Below, piece by piece: positions 1 through 13,530 of a DNA stretch of 64,000 nucleotides. The translations under genes and the position numbers were made by a program. This stretch comes from the human T2T-CHM13v2.0 reference genome, Homo sapiens. Numbering within the stretch: position 1 is the stretch's first letter; every line of letters begins with the position of its first letter. The notes under the pieces were generated by a model. The model was not told the DNA's origin, searched no databases, and saw nothing but the letters and a program-made list of their open reading frames with translations. The stretch lies in assembly GCF_009914755.1 (NCBI RefSeq), contig NC_060935.1. One strand, given 5' to 3'.

Positions 1-859
1 GTAGGTCTCTAACCAGAGAAAACTGCTTGTAGACCTTATGCCGTTTCAGCACTTCCTCCCTCCAACCAGGGCTGTCTCCAGAGTATTCCCCTAGAATCTT
101 TGATTTATGGGTTTGGAAGGAAATCGGCAAGACAAAGATGATTTAGACATTCGTCGTTGTTTTTCCTAGAGACCCTACCAGTGCTCAACCTCGAGGGCCC
201 TTCTTTCCCACTGTCTTGAAGGGGGCAAATCTGATGATGCAGCAGGCAAGAGCCATCAGCACAGTCTTCAGTCTCTGACAAGCTGTAAGAGTTCTTTGGA
301 GAATTTTCCATGACTTCTATTTGAAAACTTGCCCAGAAGGCCCTCTTCACAAGCAAGCAGTAAAACAACTTTAGAAGCCTAAATGGCTTGAATGGGAATT
401 TGTTTCACGCCCTACAGCTCTGGAGAAAGTGATTCAAAGCCCAGAGAATGATTCTTTCCATTGCAATTTCCTCTAAAGTTGGATGAGCCTCTTAAAGGTT
501 TACATTACTGAGCCTGTGTGTACATCCTGTGTCATAGACCTACCTTTGGATCCTTCTGTACTCAGCATTCTTACTTAGTTTATAATTTCATGTCGGGAAA
601 TCCAATCTCCAATGCAGAAGAGTGAATGCTCCCTTTGTCACTTCCTTCATTTTCCCCTGGAGTCTATGCACAGTGCTACAAAAGGAAAGTCCAGGGATAC
701 AGTCACTTGCCATTTCTACTTTCCTACATGCCTTTGGGATTGTGTTAGTAAAATCGTAGATTATAGCTTTGACACCATATGTGATTGTGGATTTCTCTTC
801 TATAAAGATATTTGTAGCAAAGTAGCTAAGTCTTTGTAGCTACTTTGTAGCTAAGTCAG

Positions 860-1050
860 ACTGCCTCAATTTAAATCTAGACTATTTCTGCACTTCCTGT
901 GAGATTTTAGATGTTATGTAACTTCTTTGACCCTTGTTTCCTCCTCTGTAAAATGAGAATAGTAATTGATTGCCGTGGGGGTTAAATGATTTAGTACATG
1001 GAAAGTATTAGAACACTGCCTGGAATATGGAAAGAGTCTGGTAAGTGTTT
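860..1050. mobile_element. MIR SINE (one of many in the window)
   Basis: Core TGTTTCCTCCTCTGTAAAATGAGAATAGTAAT...TTAAATGA...GTATTAGAACACTGCCTGG. Similar cores near 28755-28980, 36690-36940 and 39285-39370. Confidence 0.6.
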
Positions 1051-1465
1051 GTTCTCCTTCTCCTCATTCATATTCGCCTATATATATAAAACGTGAACCT
1101 TTTCCCTGCGTGCTCCCTGAACACTTTTATTTTATGTGTATTTATGTGCCCCAAGTTCAAAGTGTCCCAAACTGCAGTCAGCATTTTCTTATGATTTCCA
1201 GAACCACTCCTTCTCCGTTCATTATTGTCTAAATTATTTTCATGACCACCCAGGTTACTAAATTTAAGCATCTGCTCCTCACTCACCTTCTTCATCCAGG
1301 CTTCATGTCCCAGAGAAGCTATCTCTTCAAAATCTTGCTCTGGTCTTTCCTCTCTAATACATTGCTTTCGTAAGCCTCTCTTCACCTCCTGATTGGATTA
1401 CACTTGATTTTCTAATGTGGGTTCTTATGGAATAAAAGAATTTGTTCTTTGTAACCTCCTTCTCA

Positions 1466-1466
<1 letters not shown>

Positions 1467-1501
<35 letters not shown>
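1467..1501. repeat. (CA)n microsatellite
   Basis: Seen directly. Confidence 0.95.
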
Positions 1502-1506
<5 letters not shown>

Positions 1507-2012
1507 ATCTTATCCTTGTAATATGGCTTATAATAATTATAAATTTGGTTAGATAAATATTCAGTAGTTGCATTATTAACACAATTTTAAACACTATTTA
1601 CAGATAATAGATCAGATACCAGAATCATTTTTATTTTATTTCTTTTTCATTTTCCATGAAGCAAATGTTTTTGGGGGCTCTCATTTGCTTTGATAGTCTA
1701 TGATTTCCTTGAATTATCCTCATGACCTCTTCTCCATTTGTATATATCTTTTCTCACTATATACAGTTGTAGCCATATGATGTTAGCTGATATTTCAAAA
1801 ATTTCATCTTCTCAAAAATGTCATCCTAAGAAACTTGTGATCTACTACCAGATCAGAAGTTTAATGGGATGTCCTCTAGCTTTGTTGAAAATCTAACATT
1901 TTGAGATCTCTTGTCACCATCTTTCTGGGAATTCTCTTCACCTCATACCTGTGTTAGGTAACCTGTTTTCTAGATTCTGTTTTCCTGTTTCTTCATTTCT
2001 CTCTCCATTTTT

Positions 2013-3150
2013 AAAGTGAACTTCATTTTTTAGAATAGTTTTAGATTTATAGAAAAATTGAGAACGTAGTACAGAGAGTTCTCATATACCCCACTCTCAT
2101 GTCCCCTAATATTAAATCTTACCTTAGTATGGTACACTTATTACAATTAATAAACCAATGTTGTTACATTTTCATTAACTAAAGTCTGTATTTATATAGC
2201 TTCAGTGTTCACCTAATGTCATTTTTCTGTGCCAGGTCATCCAGGTTACCCCATTACATTTAATTTTCAATTCTCCTTACATTCCTCTCAACTGTAATAG
2301 TTTTCTTCCTCATTTTGATTGAAAATTTTTCTATTAATTTCTAGAGAAAATGTACATGAAATACAAATTTTATAGAAATTGCCTGTCTGAAATTGCCTCT
2401 TTTTTGCCTTCTTCTTTGATTGGCAATGGTAGGGTTTAACTTCCAGTTTAAAAGTTAATTTAAACCTCCAGTTTAAAGCTTAATTTTTCTGAGAATTTTG
2501 AACATATTGATACAATATGTGTACTGGAATTGCATTAAATCTACAGATCTAATAGACGGACATGTTAATAACATTGTATCTTCCATTCCATGAATATCAT
2601 GTATCTTGCATTTATTCATATTATTTTTCTTTCTCAGAGCAAGGTTTTAAAGTTTTCAGTTTAGACATTTGCACATCTTTCATTAAATTTATTCCTAAGT
2701 TAGTTTGGGATGCTACTATAAATGATGTATGTATTAATGTAACTTTCCAAATTTTTGTGGCCAGTATATAGAAACACAGTTGATTTATGTTTGATGACGT
2801 TGTATCCTGAGACCTGAATTCATTTTTTAGCTCTGGTATTTTTGTTTTGTAATTTTTAAAATAATTTTCTACATAAGCAATTATTTTAGGTGAACAATGC
2901 TTATTTGTCCTCTTCCTTTTCAATCCATTGGCATTTTATTTCATTTTTCTGTCATATTTCAACAAGCTAGGCTCTTCACCAAACATAGAGGAGAGAGAAT
3001 AATCTTAGTTTGTTTCCAGTCTTTTGGGGAAAGTACTCAGTCTTCAACCATTAACTATGATGTAAGATGTAGTTTTTTAATAAGTTTCTTTTGCTAAATT
3101 GAGAACATTCTCTCCTGTCCTATTTTTCTGAAAATTTTATTGTAAGTGGC
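2013..3150 (-). mobile_element. Old L1M fragments (3' UTR-like and ORF2-derived)
   Basis: T-rich antisense L1 hallmarks: TTTTAGAATAGTTTTAGATTTATAGAAAAATTG...GTACAGAGAGTTC; GGAATTGCATTAAATCTACAGATC; CTTCCATTCCATGAATAT. Boundaries approximate. Confidence 0.6.
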
Positions 3151-3439
3151 TCTTTCCATGGCTGAGAGTAATAAAGGTGGAGACACATGTTCATAAGGAG
3201 CAGAATGGGGTCTTCTTGTCTATAGGTGAAGAAATCTGTCTAAGAAAAAGCCACATAGAACCAAGCACATCAGAAAAATTGAAAAAGAGGCACAATCCCT
3301 GTGACCCCTTGGATCCAGACAAATCTGAAGCAAAATGTGTCCCTAGGAGGCAGGACTCGACTCCATCTACTATTTTAGGGAGCTGCCCTTCATATAAATT
3401 GAAGACTGGCTGAAGCAGGAAAGAGGCATGGAAGGCGCC

Positions 3440-3775
3440 TCCCCATAAGACATGTTCACCAGTGCCATGAAAATTTACCATTACCATGGCAATACTCAAT
3501 GTCACCACCCCTTTTCTAGAAATTTCTGAATAACTTGTCTCTTAATTTGCATGCAATTAGAAGTAGGTATAAATAGGACTGCAGAACAACCTCTGAGCTG
3601 CTGCACAGTGCACACTGCCCCTGAGAGGAGCAGTACCTCTGCTGCTGCCATACATTGCCACTTCAATAAAAGCTGCTGTCTATTACCACTGGCTCATCTC
3701 GGAATTCTTTTCTGAGAGAAGCCAAGAATTCTCCCAGGTTAAGCCCCAATGTAGGGGCTCGCCTGCCCTGCATTA
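3440..3775 (+). mobile_element. ERV1 LTR, MER50-like, 3' portion
   Basis: TTTCTAGAAATTTCTGAATAAC...TTAATTTGCATG...GTATAAAT (TATA)...CAATAAAAGC (polyA)...GGGGCTCGCCTGCCCTGCATTA terminus. Boundaries approximate. Confidence 0.65.
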
Positions 3776-5970
3776 CTTGGACTTTCCCATTAAATGAACT
3801 TTTTTGTTTAAACTGATTTGGCTCAGGTTTGTTAAATCTGAATTACCGAAAGTAATTACTGAAAAGCAATCACTTCGAATGAAAAGGCTCTTAATATATG
3901 GCACTATTGTACCTTGTACAAATTTCTGTGGCAGCGCTTACTTTCATTTTTATGTATAGCACTGTAACAGAGATAAATTTTACATTAAGAAAGATCTGTG
4001 TTTGAATCCTGGCTCTGCCACTAGTTTTTGCAACTTGGGCAAAAGCATTTAAGCTAAGCCTTGGTTGATACCTGTGTAAAACAGAGATACTTGTGTAGAG
4101 ATTTTAAAAGGTAAGTTAATAAAAGAGCTTAGCATTGTTAACACCAGTTACCCATTAGTTGTGCAATTCTCAGTTTCTTCTGTTGCTTCTTCAATTAGGC
4201 CAAAGGGCAAATCTGTATCTTATCTCTTTTTGTGTTCAGAGAATCTTCATACTTAAATCCTCTACAGATGTTTATTTGATGAAATGAATAAGTAAACCTT
4301 CCAAAATAATCAGATAACTTACTTGTGGAGTTTAGATCTCAAGGATCCTTTATCTAAGCAAAGGTATATCAGCTCAGGAGAGGAGTGTTTTTGCCAATAG
4401 ATAGAATTGTGCAGGCTTTGTGTGCTCACAGACATCACCTTAGAGACTTAGCCAGAGGACTTTGGGTTAGAGAAATACAGTTGAACTCATCCATTTTAAC
4501 CACTGCTACTTTCTGAAAGCCCACTAAAATGTTAATGAAGGCATTACAAGGCAGAAGAACAAGCATGTTTCATTAACTTACTGGGACAAGAACACAGGGG
4601 AAAGACAGCAGGAAAAAAAAAAATCAGAAAGCTGGAAGGCACAGTGATAATCAGTAACTGACTCGGTGGTCCCCAGAAAGCTGAATTCAGAGCTCCGTAG
4701 TGGAAGCAAATATCCAGATTACGCCATAGCGTGTCTCACGTGCTCAGTAATGTGGTGGCACAGCTCACCTCTGAAAGTAGGGGTGATGGTGAGCATAAAA
4801 ACAGGAAGGCGGCTTGAAAGTCTGTTACAGAAGTAGGCAGATCCCCAGATTCTCTCTTCTACTCGGTGCATCCAGAAGAGTGATCCTCCTACACCCCAGC
4901 AGAAGACTGGAGGTTTATTCTGCAGAGATGAAAAATGAAACATCTCTAGAATAGAAGGCACTTGAGTGTGGAGAAGTACTATACTAAAACTGAGGGAAAT
5001 AATTGGCAGTTCACATACTGAATGTTACTGTATCATTGAAATATGAGTATAAAATAAAGACACTTTCCGACATGCCAGGTGTGGTCAAGGCATACAAAGT
5101 ATGGACAGGCTAGATGTCCCACAAACTCATTTTATCTTCTTCCTGATCACAAAACTAGAATACTTTTCGCAGAGTCTCTTTTGCTTAAGTACAGCCATAA
5201 CTGAGTTCTAGCCATGGAGCATAAGCAAAAGTTAAGTGTGTCCGTTCCAAACTCACAAAAACTTCACTTCCATCATCTCTCACGATGCTCCCTCTTTGGC
5301 CTCACTGATGCAGAAGAGCATGTGTTAGAGATGACATAGCAACATGAGAAAAGGGTCTTGGGTCCAAGTTTATTACTTTATGGAGCTGCCCTCCATTTAG
5401 AAAAACTTATTTTAAACTCTATATGAGTAACATGGAAACTTTTATTATATTTAAGTTAAGTATATTTGCTTTCGAACACCAAGTTTTGTAAGTATGGAAA
5501 GATGATTTAAACAACAGAGAGAGTGTTAAGATGAATTTATTATAAGTACATAGAAAATTGAATGAAAAACCAAAACCATTATTTATTCTAGAAAGAACAA
5601 AGGTAGTGAAAGAAAAATGATCAAAACACATTACAGTACTTACATAAGCAAAGCATTTACATTCTTATAATTATGTAAACACTGAATATGAATCCAACTA
5701 CAAAAAATAAACTGTATTGGGAGGATAAAGAGAACAGAAAGTATATTTGTGTTGAAGGGAGGTAAAAAATGAAGTTAATTCTGATATCCTAAACTGAAAA
5801 CCAGTTGACTTTTTATTTAGGCCTAACACTGAAAAATCAAGAAGCAACTGCATATATTTAGTGATAGGGTGATAAAGACCAGAAAAAAAAAAGCCGAGAT
5901 CTGTTTTTAATAGGACCATAGAAAATGATAAATAAGATTGAATTCTTGCCCCTAGCTTCATTTCATTAGT

Positions 5971-6220
5971 TTCATTTCTTATGCCCTGATCCTCTTCGAT
6001 ATCCTCCACATCTCATCAGCTGAAAGTGTTCAGCACCTGTAGTTCCCACATGGTAATTTTTGCTGTGGTCTATGATTCTACATTATTCACACATCTCAAA
6101 ACCTTTCCTGCTGATTCTTTGAGCCAGGGGAAATTTTTTACTCTGGTTTTTTATATCTCTTGCTATCATGAACATGTTCTCATTTCAGTAGATATTTTTC
6201 TTGAGGAAAGCACTGTTTAG
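5971..6220 (+). pseudogene. Fragmentary OR8-family pseudogene (TM5-TM7 relic; possibly the locus named OR8X1P)
   Basis: 5971-6024 translates FISYALILFDILHISSAE. After a frameshift, 6026 onward gives VFSTCSSHMV...LFTHLKTFPADSLSQGKFFTLVFY, homologous to OR8B8 FISYALILSSIFHIDSTEGRSKAFSTCSSH...FMYLKP...NQGKVSSLFY. An LRKAL-like tail is at ~6201-6215. Confidence 0.8.
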
Positions 6221-6351
6221 GATGCCACACGTTCTCTTTTCCGTCTTAGGCTTTTCACCGCTGTTTCTTCCTTGGATGTTGTTTCCCCTGGAAAGCTTTC
6301 TTTTACCACATTCTCTTATCACCACCACCACCTCTGCCTAAATTTAGCTCC

Positions 6352-6408
6352 ATATATATATATATACACACACATATATATTTATATATATATTTATATA
6401 TATATATT
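6352..6408. repeat. (TA)n/(CA)n compound microsatellite
   Basis: Seen directly. Confidence 0.9.
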
Positions 6409-6642
6409 TAGAATTAATATATTCTGTAAGGAAAATGCAGCTTCTTAGTATTGTGGGGTTTTTTTTAAAATGATTTAAGTCCATAATGCAATGATATGGT
6501 TCAAAATTCAAAAGATTCAAAAAGGATATGCAGAGGAAAGTCTCCTTTATACCCCTGTCTCTCAGCCATCTAGCTGTCCTCCCTGGAGGCAACCAGTGCT
6601 ACCAGTTACTATCAATGCTATCAGTGATATTTTATTCATATA

Positions 6643-7712
6643 CAGTCCTATGTTGCTTAGAGACTAGGACTATATTCTGAGAAATGTGTTGTTAGGTGAT
6701 TTTGTGGTTATGCAAACATCACAGAGTGAATTTACACAAACCTAAATCATACAGCCTGCCACACACCTAGGCTACATGGTACAGCCTCTTACTCCTAGGC
6801 TACAAACTCCTACAGCATGTGACTGTACTTTGTACTGTAGGCAATTGTAACACAATGGTAAGTATTGCTGTATCTAAACATATCCAATCATAGAAAATGT
6901 ACAGTAAAAATATGGTATAAAAGATTAAAAATGGTACACTTGTATAGGGTACTTACCATGAATGGAGCTTGTGGGACTGGAAGTTGCTCTGGGTGAGTCA
7001 GTGAGTGAGTGGCAGGTGAACGTGGAGGTCTAGTACATTACTCTACACTACTGTAGACTTTATAAACACTCTACACTTAGGCTACACTAAATTTATCTTA
7101 AAATATTTTTCTTTCTTCAATAATAAATTAACTTTAGGTTACTGTAACATTTTTACTTTATAAATGCTTTTGTTAGAAACTAAGACACAAATGCACATGT
7201 TAACCTAGGCTTACACAGGGTCAGGATCATCAATATTACTGTCTTCCACCTCCACATCTTGTTTCATTGAATGGTTTTCAGGGACAATAACATATGGAGC
7301 TGTCATCTCCTATGGTAACAATGCCGTCTTTTGGAATCCCTCCTGAAGAACCTGCCCGAGGTTGTTTTGCAGTTAATTTTTTTTAATACGTAGAAAAAGT
7401 ACACTCCAAAATAATGATGAAAGAGTATAGTAAGCTTAATACATAAACCAGTAACAGTCATTCATTAGTAAGTATTATGTACTGTACATAATAATATGTG
7501 CTATCCTTTGATATGACTGGCAGCACAGTTGGTTTGTTTACACCAGGATCACTACAAATATGTGGGTAATGCATTGTGCTATGTCTTTACCTTTTGATGG
7601 CTATGACATTGCTAGGGGATAGGAGTTTTTCAGCTCCATTATAATCTTAGGGGACTACCATCATATGTGCAATCTGTCATCAACCAAAACATCATCATGC
7701 AGTGCATAACTG
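6643..7712 (+). mobile_element. Tigger3b-like (Golem) TcMar DNA transposon derivative, inserted in an old L1ME
   Basis: Starts TA|CAGTCCTATGTTGCTTA...TTCTGAGAAATGTGTTGTTAGG, ends ...ATGCAGTGCATAACTG; degenerate terminal inverted repeats. Antisense L1ME 3' sequence continues on both sides. Confidence 0.8.
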
Positions 7713-10700
7713 CATAATGAAATTCACATGCATTATCCCACAAATTTTACACAAATAGTAGTATACTGTATGCACTGTTTTTCAACTCGCTTTTAATTTC
7801 CTATCTATCACTTCTTGAGAAACGACTGAAGAATGAGTAAGACTTAGGACCCAGGAAGAGTAGATTCAGAAGAGTAGTAAAGAGGAGTCCCAGATACCTG
7901 TGCAGTCACCATATGGACCAACCAGGCTAGACTGGAACAATGGTGTAAGAGAGATTTTTCCACTTAACAATATCTTTTGGAGATTATTTCATACATAAAG
8001 GTAGTCTTCATTTTTTATACACCTAGATAGCAGTTTTTGTACAGATATCTGAAAATCTATTTGATCTGTCCCTCTTTGATGAATAATCAAAGGACTATCT
8101 CAGTCCTTTGTTATTAACTGAGGTTAATCTCAGTCCTTTGTTATTATTTTTTAATGTAATGAGTAAACCAATATATAAATCATTAGGCATATGTATATGG
8201 TTTCCTCTCTGTCCAAATCCATACACCTATTCTTTTCCTTTATGCTTTGACTCTGGGGATATACTTTTCTTTATGATGCTGGAGCTGAGCCTCTGGAGAT
8301 TAGATTTCTACTTTGCCAGACAGCTTAGTATTCAGTTCCACCAATACTCAATGCTTCCACCAGAAATAAAAAGCACCTAGAAGTATGAAAACAAATGAAA
8401 TATCAGTTAGGGAGAAATGACCTGAATCCTTGATATGATTTAATCAAATGCAATGAAAGACAGCAAGAACAACACCCCCAAATGTTACAGTTGATATTAT
8501 GTAAATAAGCCATAGGTTATAACCAGAGTTAAAAATGTCAGTCAACTGTATGAGCTTGTGTCTTCTGGGTGAAATCCTCCATTCAGTGTCATGTTGGAGG
8601 GACTCAACACCCATCTTCCCACTGCAGAAACCATGTAGGAGAGAAGGTCCCTCCCCATACCACCTGGCAGCCAGAAAACGGGCACCTTGACCTAGGTCAG
8701 CAGTATCTAGGTGCATGCTCCCACCTGAGAAATTAATCTACAATGATACAAACAAATGGAACCATTGGGAACCATTTGCATGGCTTCAGCAGGATCCAAG
8801 GATAGTGTGAGATGTACGGAGCAGGGGTGTGGCATTTTGGCCAGACTGTTCTTGCTGAAATATGTCCTGGTCTTGGCCTCTGGGGTTGTCTTGGTTCTTA
8901 CAGTTCTGCAAGTATGGTTTTACAACCCACTCCAAATTACTTTACATCCCCAATATTCTTTCCATCAACTCCTAGAGTTACTTTCTGTTACTTGTCAGAA
9001 TAAGCTCGGATGCTCTGTGAGAACTGGGAAGATGTCTGCACTGTTCAGTGTGATATCCCCAGTGCCAAATGCAGGGCCTAGTACATTGTTGGTGCTCACT
9101 TCAACAATGTTTTTTTACACAGATAAATGAAAAGAAAGAAAAGGAATAAAATCGCTCACCGTCCAAGAAGCGGCAGATTAGCATGGGAAGTGGGAAATGA
9201 GGGGCCAAAAATGTGGAATTCTGTGTCAGGAGCCGGTAACAGAGCCTTGGGGAATGTGTCCGTATTCCCACATACTGTTCTTGAGCCCAGGAGAGAGAGG
9301 GCAGCAGGCTGAGCTGTCAGAAACGCCAGGGAATGAGCATTGAGCCCCTTTCTCCCCTCTCCCCCTTCAGAGCAGTCTACATCCTCTGACTTTGGGGGAA
9401 GGAGGAGGCTGCAGGAGAAAGTCAGTGGATGCCTGGAAGACTAGGGCACTGCCGGTGAGGCAACTGGTTCCTGAGCACAATCAGATGTTTTTGGAGACTC
9501 GGAAATTCTTAAAGGGACATCAGAGGAGTTGGATTCCTGCATTACTTAGTGGGAGCACAGGTAGATGAAAATTATCTATTTTAATGAATCATCTGTGGTT
9601 TTAATATCTTGGGATTAGAGGTTAAACACTCCTGCAAACACTAGTGCAAACACTCCTGTGCCTGGTGAAATATATCTTAAAACATCTCTGTCAGATGATC
9701 ATTCAGCTTTTGCCTGGATATTTCTAGTCATGATAACTCGAAGGAAGTGTCATTTCCAATCCTTAGAGTATAAATATCATAGATCGGACAAAGATACCTT
9801 TTCTAGACTCTATTAACTCATCAATGACTTATAAAACCCACTAAACCCTTCAAAATGTTGCAAATCAGTAAAACAGCAATTGCTTTTAATTCGCAAAATG
9901 CTTATATTCCTGTGGGAGATACAGATCATAATTTAAAAGTGCATGACAGTCTTCTTGCCACCAAGAAATTAATTATTATGGAGAGACAAGTTTTCTAATC
10001 ACATTGTTATTAGAAGAGCAGTGCATACAGTATGTTGAAAACACCTATATTTGTCTTACAAAAAGTTATATGTTTTAATTTTATAATGCTTATAAAATTG
10101 TAATGTGCTTTTTAAAATATACTTTTTTAAAATGCCTGGCCAGTACAAGAAAGAAAACAACCAGAGGAAAAAAAATTGACACCGAAGCAGGCAATTCACT
10201 TAAGTAGCCACTAGGTTGTGCTGGTGATTCAGTAACGTTGCTTAAACCAAAAAAAAAAAAAAAAAAAAAATTTTTTTGTTTGAGATTTCGTTTTTCACAT
10301 CTTTCTCGGGCCCCTAACATGTATAGCCATGGATTTTACATAACTCCTTACATGAAAATTTAAACTCCTTGTTAAAACATAAACTTTTTTAAAAAGCTGT
10401 CCATTAGAACAAAATTTAAACAGGTTGAATATATTTAATTTGCAAAACGTGTTAAGCACTTTCTATATTGTACAAAGGAGAAGAATGGCTAAGATATGAC
10501 AATTACAGTATAAATCACATACACAAATATAAGCAAGTAATTCCAATATAATAGATCACTGTAATGCTAGCTCTAAGTATTTTTGTTGTTGTTTTGCTTA
10601 CTGCTCTATTCCAAGACGTAGAACATATTAGGAGCACAATAAATGTTTGCTGAATGAGTGAACGGTTAGGTGAATTCATTATTATACAATAGCTGTATAG

Positions 10701-11903
10701 TCTATGGTCTAAATGTATTCCTATAAAACAGTGTTTATAATCATCTTAAAATCATTTGATAAAAATATAAACTTTACAAATCTCCAAGACTGTATATCCC
10801 AAAGAAATAATAGCCTTACTCTCAACTCATTGGAATAAATGATGTTAAGAAGATAGTATCTAGCTTTTGTGTGTTTTCACCAGAACGATTTGTATTACTA
10901 AGTTGTATTACAAAATTGTTTGTACTTATTTCAATATATAAAGTAACATGATAACGTCTTTTATTTTACACAATGTTTCTAAAGAGTGACACATTCCCAG
11001 AATGAGGTTGGCTTCATTGTGAGAGCTATTGTTGAAAACAAATCATGATTAAATGTTTCTTTGTTGCAAACCTTATTCATCCAGCCCTGGGGACAAACTC
11101 TTTAAAGATACCTGCATGTGTCCACTTTGGCGTCTAAATCCACACAGATTATTTCTCACATATAGGGATTTGGAACACCATTTCTGTGATCACTCTTTCT
11201 TTCATGTTGATTGCCAGTCATTTCTCCAGATTGCCATTCTCTACTTCTCTATTTCTCTGTTTCATACTATTTCTTTCCACTCGTTTCTGGAATGCAATGT
11301 GTCTTGGTGCAAAAAAAAAAAAAAAAAAAGCACAGCAGTTGGAGCCAGATAAAGAAGGGTTTAAAAATGGAATCTGCCACCTTCTGGGGACCTTCAGCTG
11401 ATTCCTTAATTCTGAATATCAATTTACTCCTCTGTAAAAGATGACATCCAGCAGAACGCATGTTATTTCTGCCTTTTAAGAAGCACGACAAGTGGGAGCT
11501 ACATGGAAAGGTATTCAATCCACTCCACACAGTTTCAGGATTAAAAGATCGTTTGTGCTAGGAAACTGATTGCAGTTAAGAAAACAAAGAAACTTCATTC
11601 TGTAGATAGCCCTTTTGTCCTTAGCTAAAGATAGTATGCTGTGTTTTTCACTGTATCAATTATGGAGCCCAGAATATTTATCCAAAATTTGGAAATAGCT
11701 GGAAGATAAAAGAAGCTATAAATACACATGAACAAGGCAGTAACAATGTTATGCTACACCTAGTACAGCATATTTTTGTATTAGTAATATAATATAAAAA
11801 ATAAAATTCTGTGAATTTTTCTCAAAGACGAAGAGTACTTTGATGAATGTCATAGATCCGTAGAAATAAAAGGAAAAAGAGCCAAGAAAGTTTTTAGCAC
11901 TAG

Positions 11904-12261
<358 letters not shown>

Positions 12262-12319
12262 AAGTCCTATTTCATAAAGCAAATTTAATCAATAATGGGT
12301 GATAAATTTGAATAAATAT

Positions 12320-13498
12320 CTTTTTAGCATGTATGGAAATGATCACTTGATTTTTATCCTCAGCTGTATTTTAAAATATGTTATATTAGTAGATTTCCTA
12401 ATGTTGAAGCGTCCATGCATCTATGGAATAAATCCCACCTGGATATGATTACTCTTTTTTCTGCTGCTAAATGTTTGCTAATATTTTATTCAGTACTTTG
12501 TGTTGATATTCCAAAGTAATATTTGTCTGTGATTTTCTTTTTGTGTATGCAGTCTTCTCAAATTTTGCATCAATGTTGTGCTCACTTTGTAAAAATGACT
12601 TTGGAGGGAGTTTTTCTTCTGTTTTAAGCTCTGAACCAGTTTAAATACTGTTGCAATTATCTCTTCTGTGGTAGACTTCTCCTGTGAAACCACCTGGGAA
12701 AGTAATTTTTGTGATGTAACTCTGACAACTTTTTCCATTGCTTCTATGGAACTGACTCTTTGGATTTTCTATCTGATCGAGAATTCATTTTCTTTAATTA
12801 TATTTTGCTAGAAAATAGTCCATTTCATTCAGGCCTTTTATTTCACTTGACTAATGCTCAAAAATGTCATTATTTTAATGTCCTCTATTTCTATGGTTTT
12901 CCCTCTTTGTAATTTCTTATTTGTTCTTTCTTCTTTTTCTCTGAATTAGGAGAGACAGCAGCTGATATATATTACTAATGTTGAAAGAACAAGCTCTTGA
13001 ATGTATTTATTATCTCTACTGTTTTTTTTCTAATTCAATATTTTCTGATTTTAACTTTATTAATTCCTACTCTGTTTTCTTTTAATTTTACTACATCTTT
13101 TTCTGACCCATAAGTTAATTGTTTATTTATCTTTATTGCTTGTTTAATATAATATTTAAAATTATTTTTCTGTTTTAGCTGTATACTATCTCATAAATTA
13201 TAAAAGGTTACATTTTCATAGCTTTTTTCTAGGCATTCTGCAATTTTATATTTTTTCTTTGATCTGCAAGTAGCTTAAAAGAAAATGTTAAATATCAAAG
13301 TAATAAAGTATTTTTGCTTTCTAATTACATAATTATGCTTTAGTTTTATTGCATGATGATCAAAGAACATTGATGGGACTATTTTTAATATATCAAATTT
13401 ATTGAAGTTTGCTTTTGTGACCTAATATTCACTCTTCATGTGACTGTTTTTTGACCCTTTGATTAAAAGGTATGTTTTTAATATCTAGGACACAGAAC

Positions 13499-13530
<32 letters not shown>

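Noticed and set aside
50-720. Scattered O/E-like words and a minus-strand donor-like site, possibly the 5' region of an OR gene left of the window
   Set aside because: No adjacent homeodomain composite and no gene in view; motif matches too weak to call.
10249-10277. A21 followed by T8 (possible hairpin or processed-insert tail)
   Set aside because: No TSD or upstream retro-copy identified; treated as a simple homopolymer junction.
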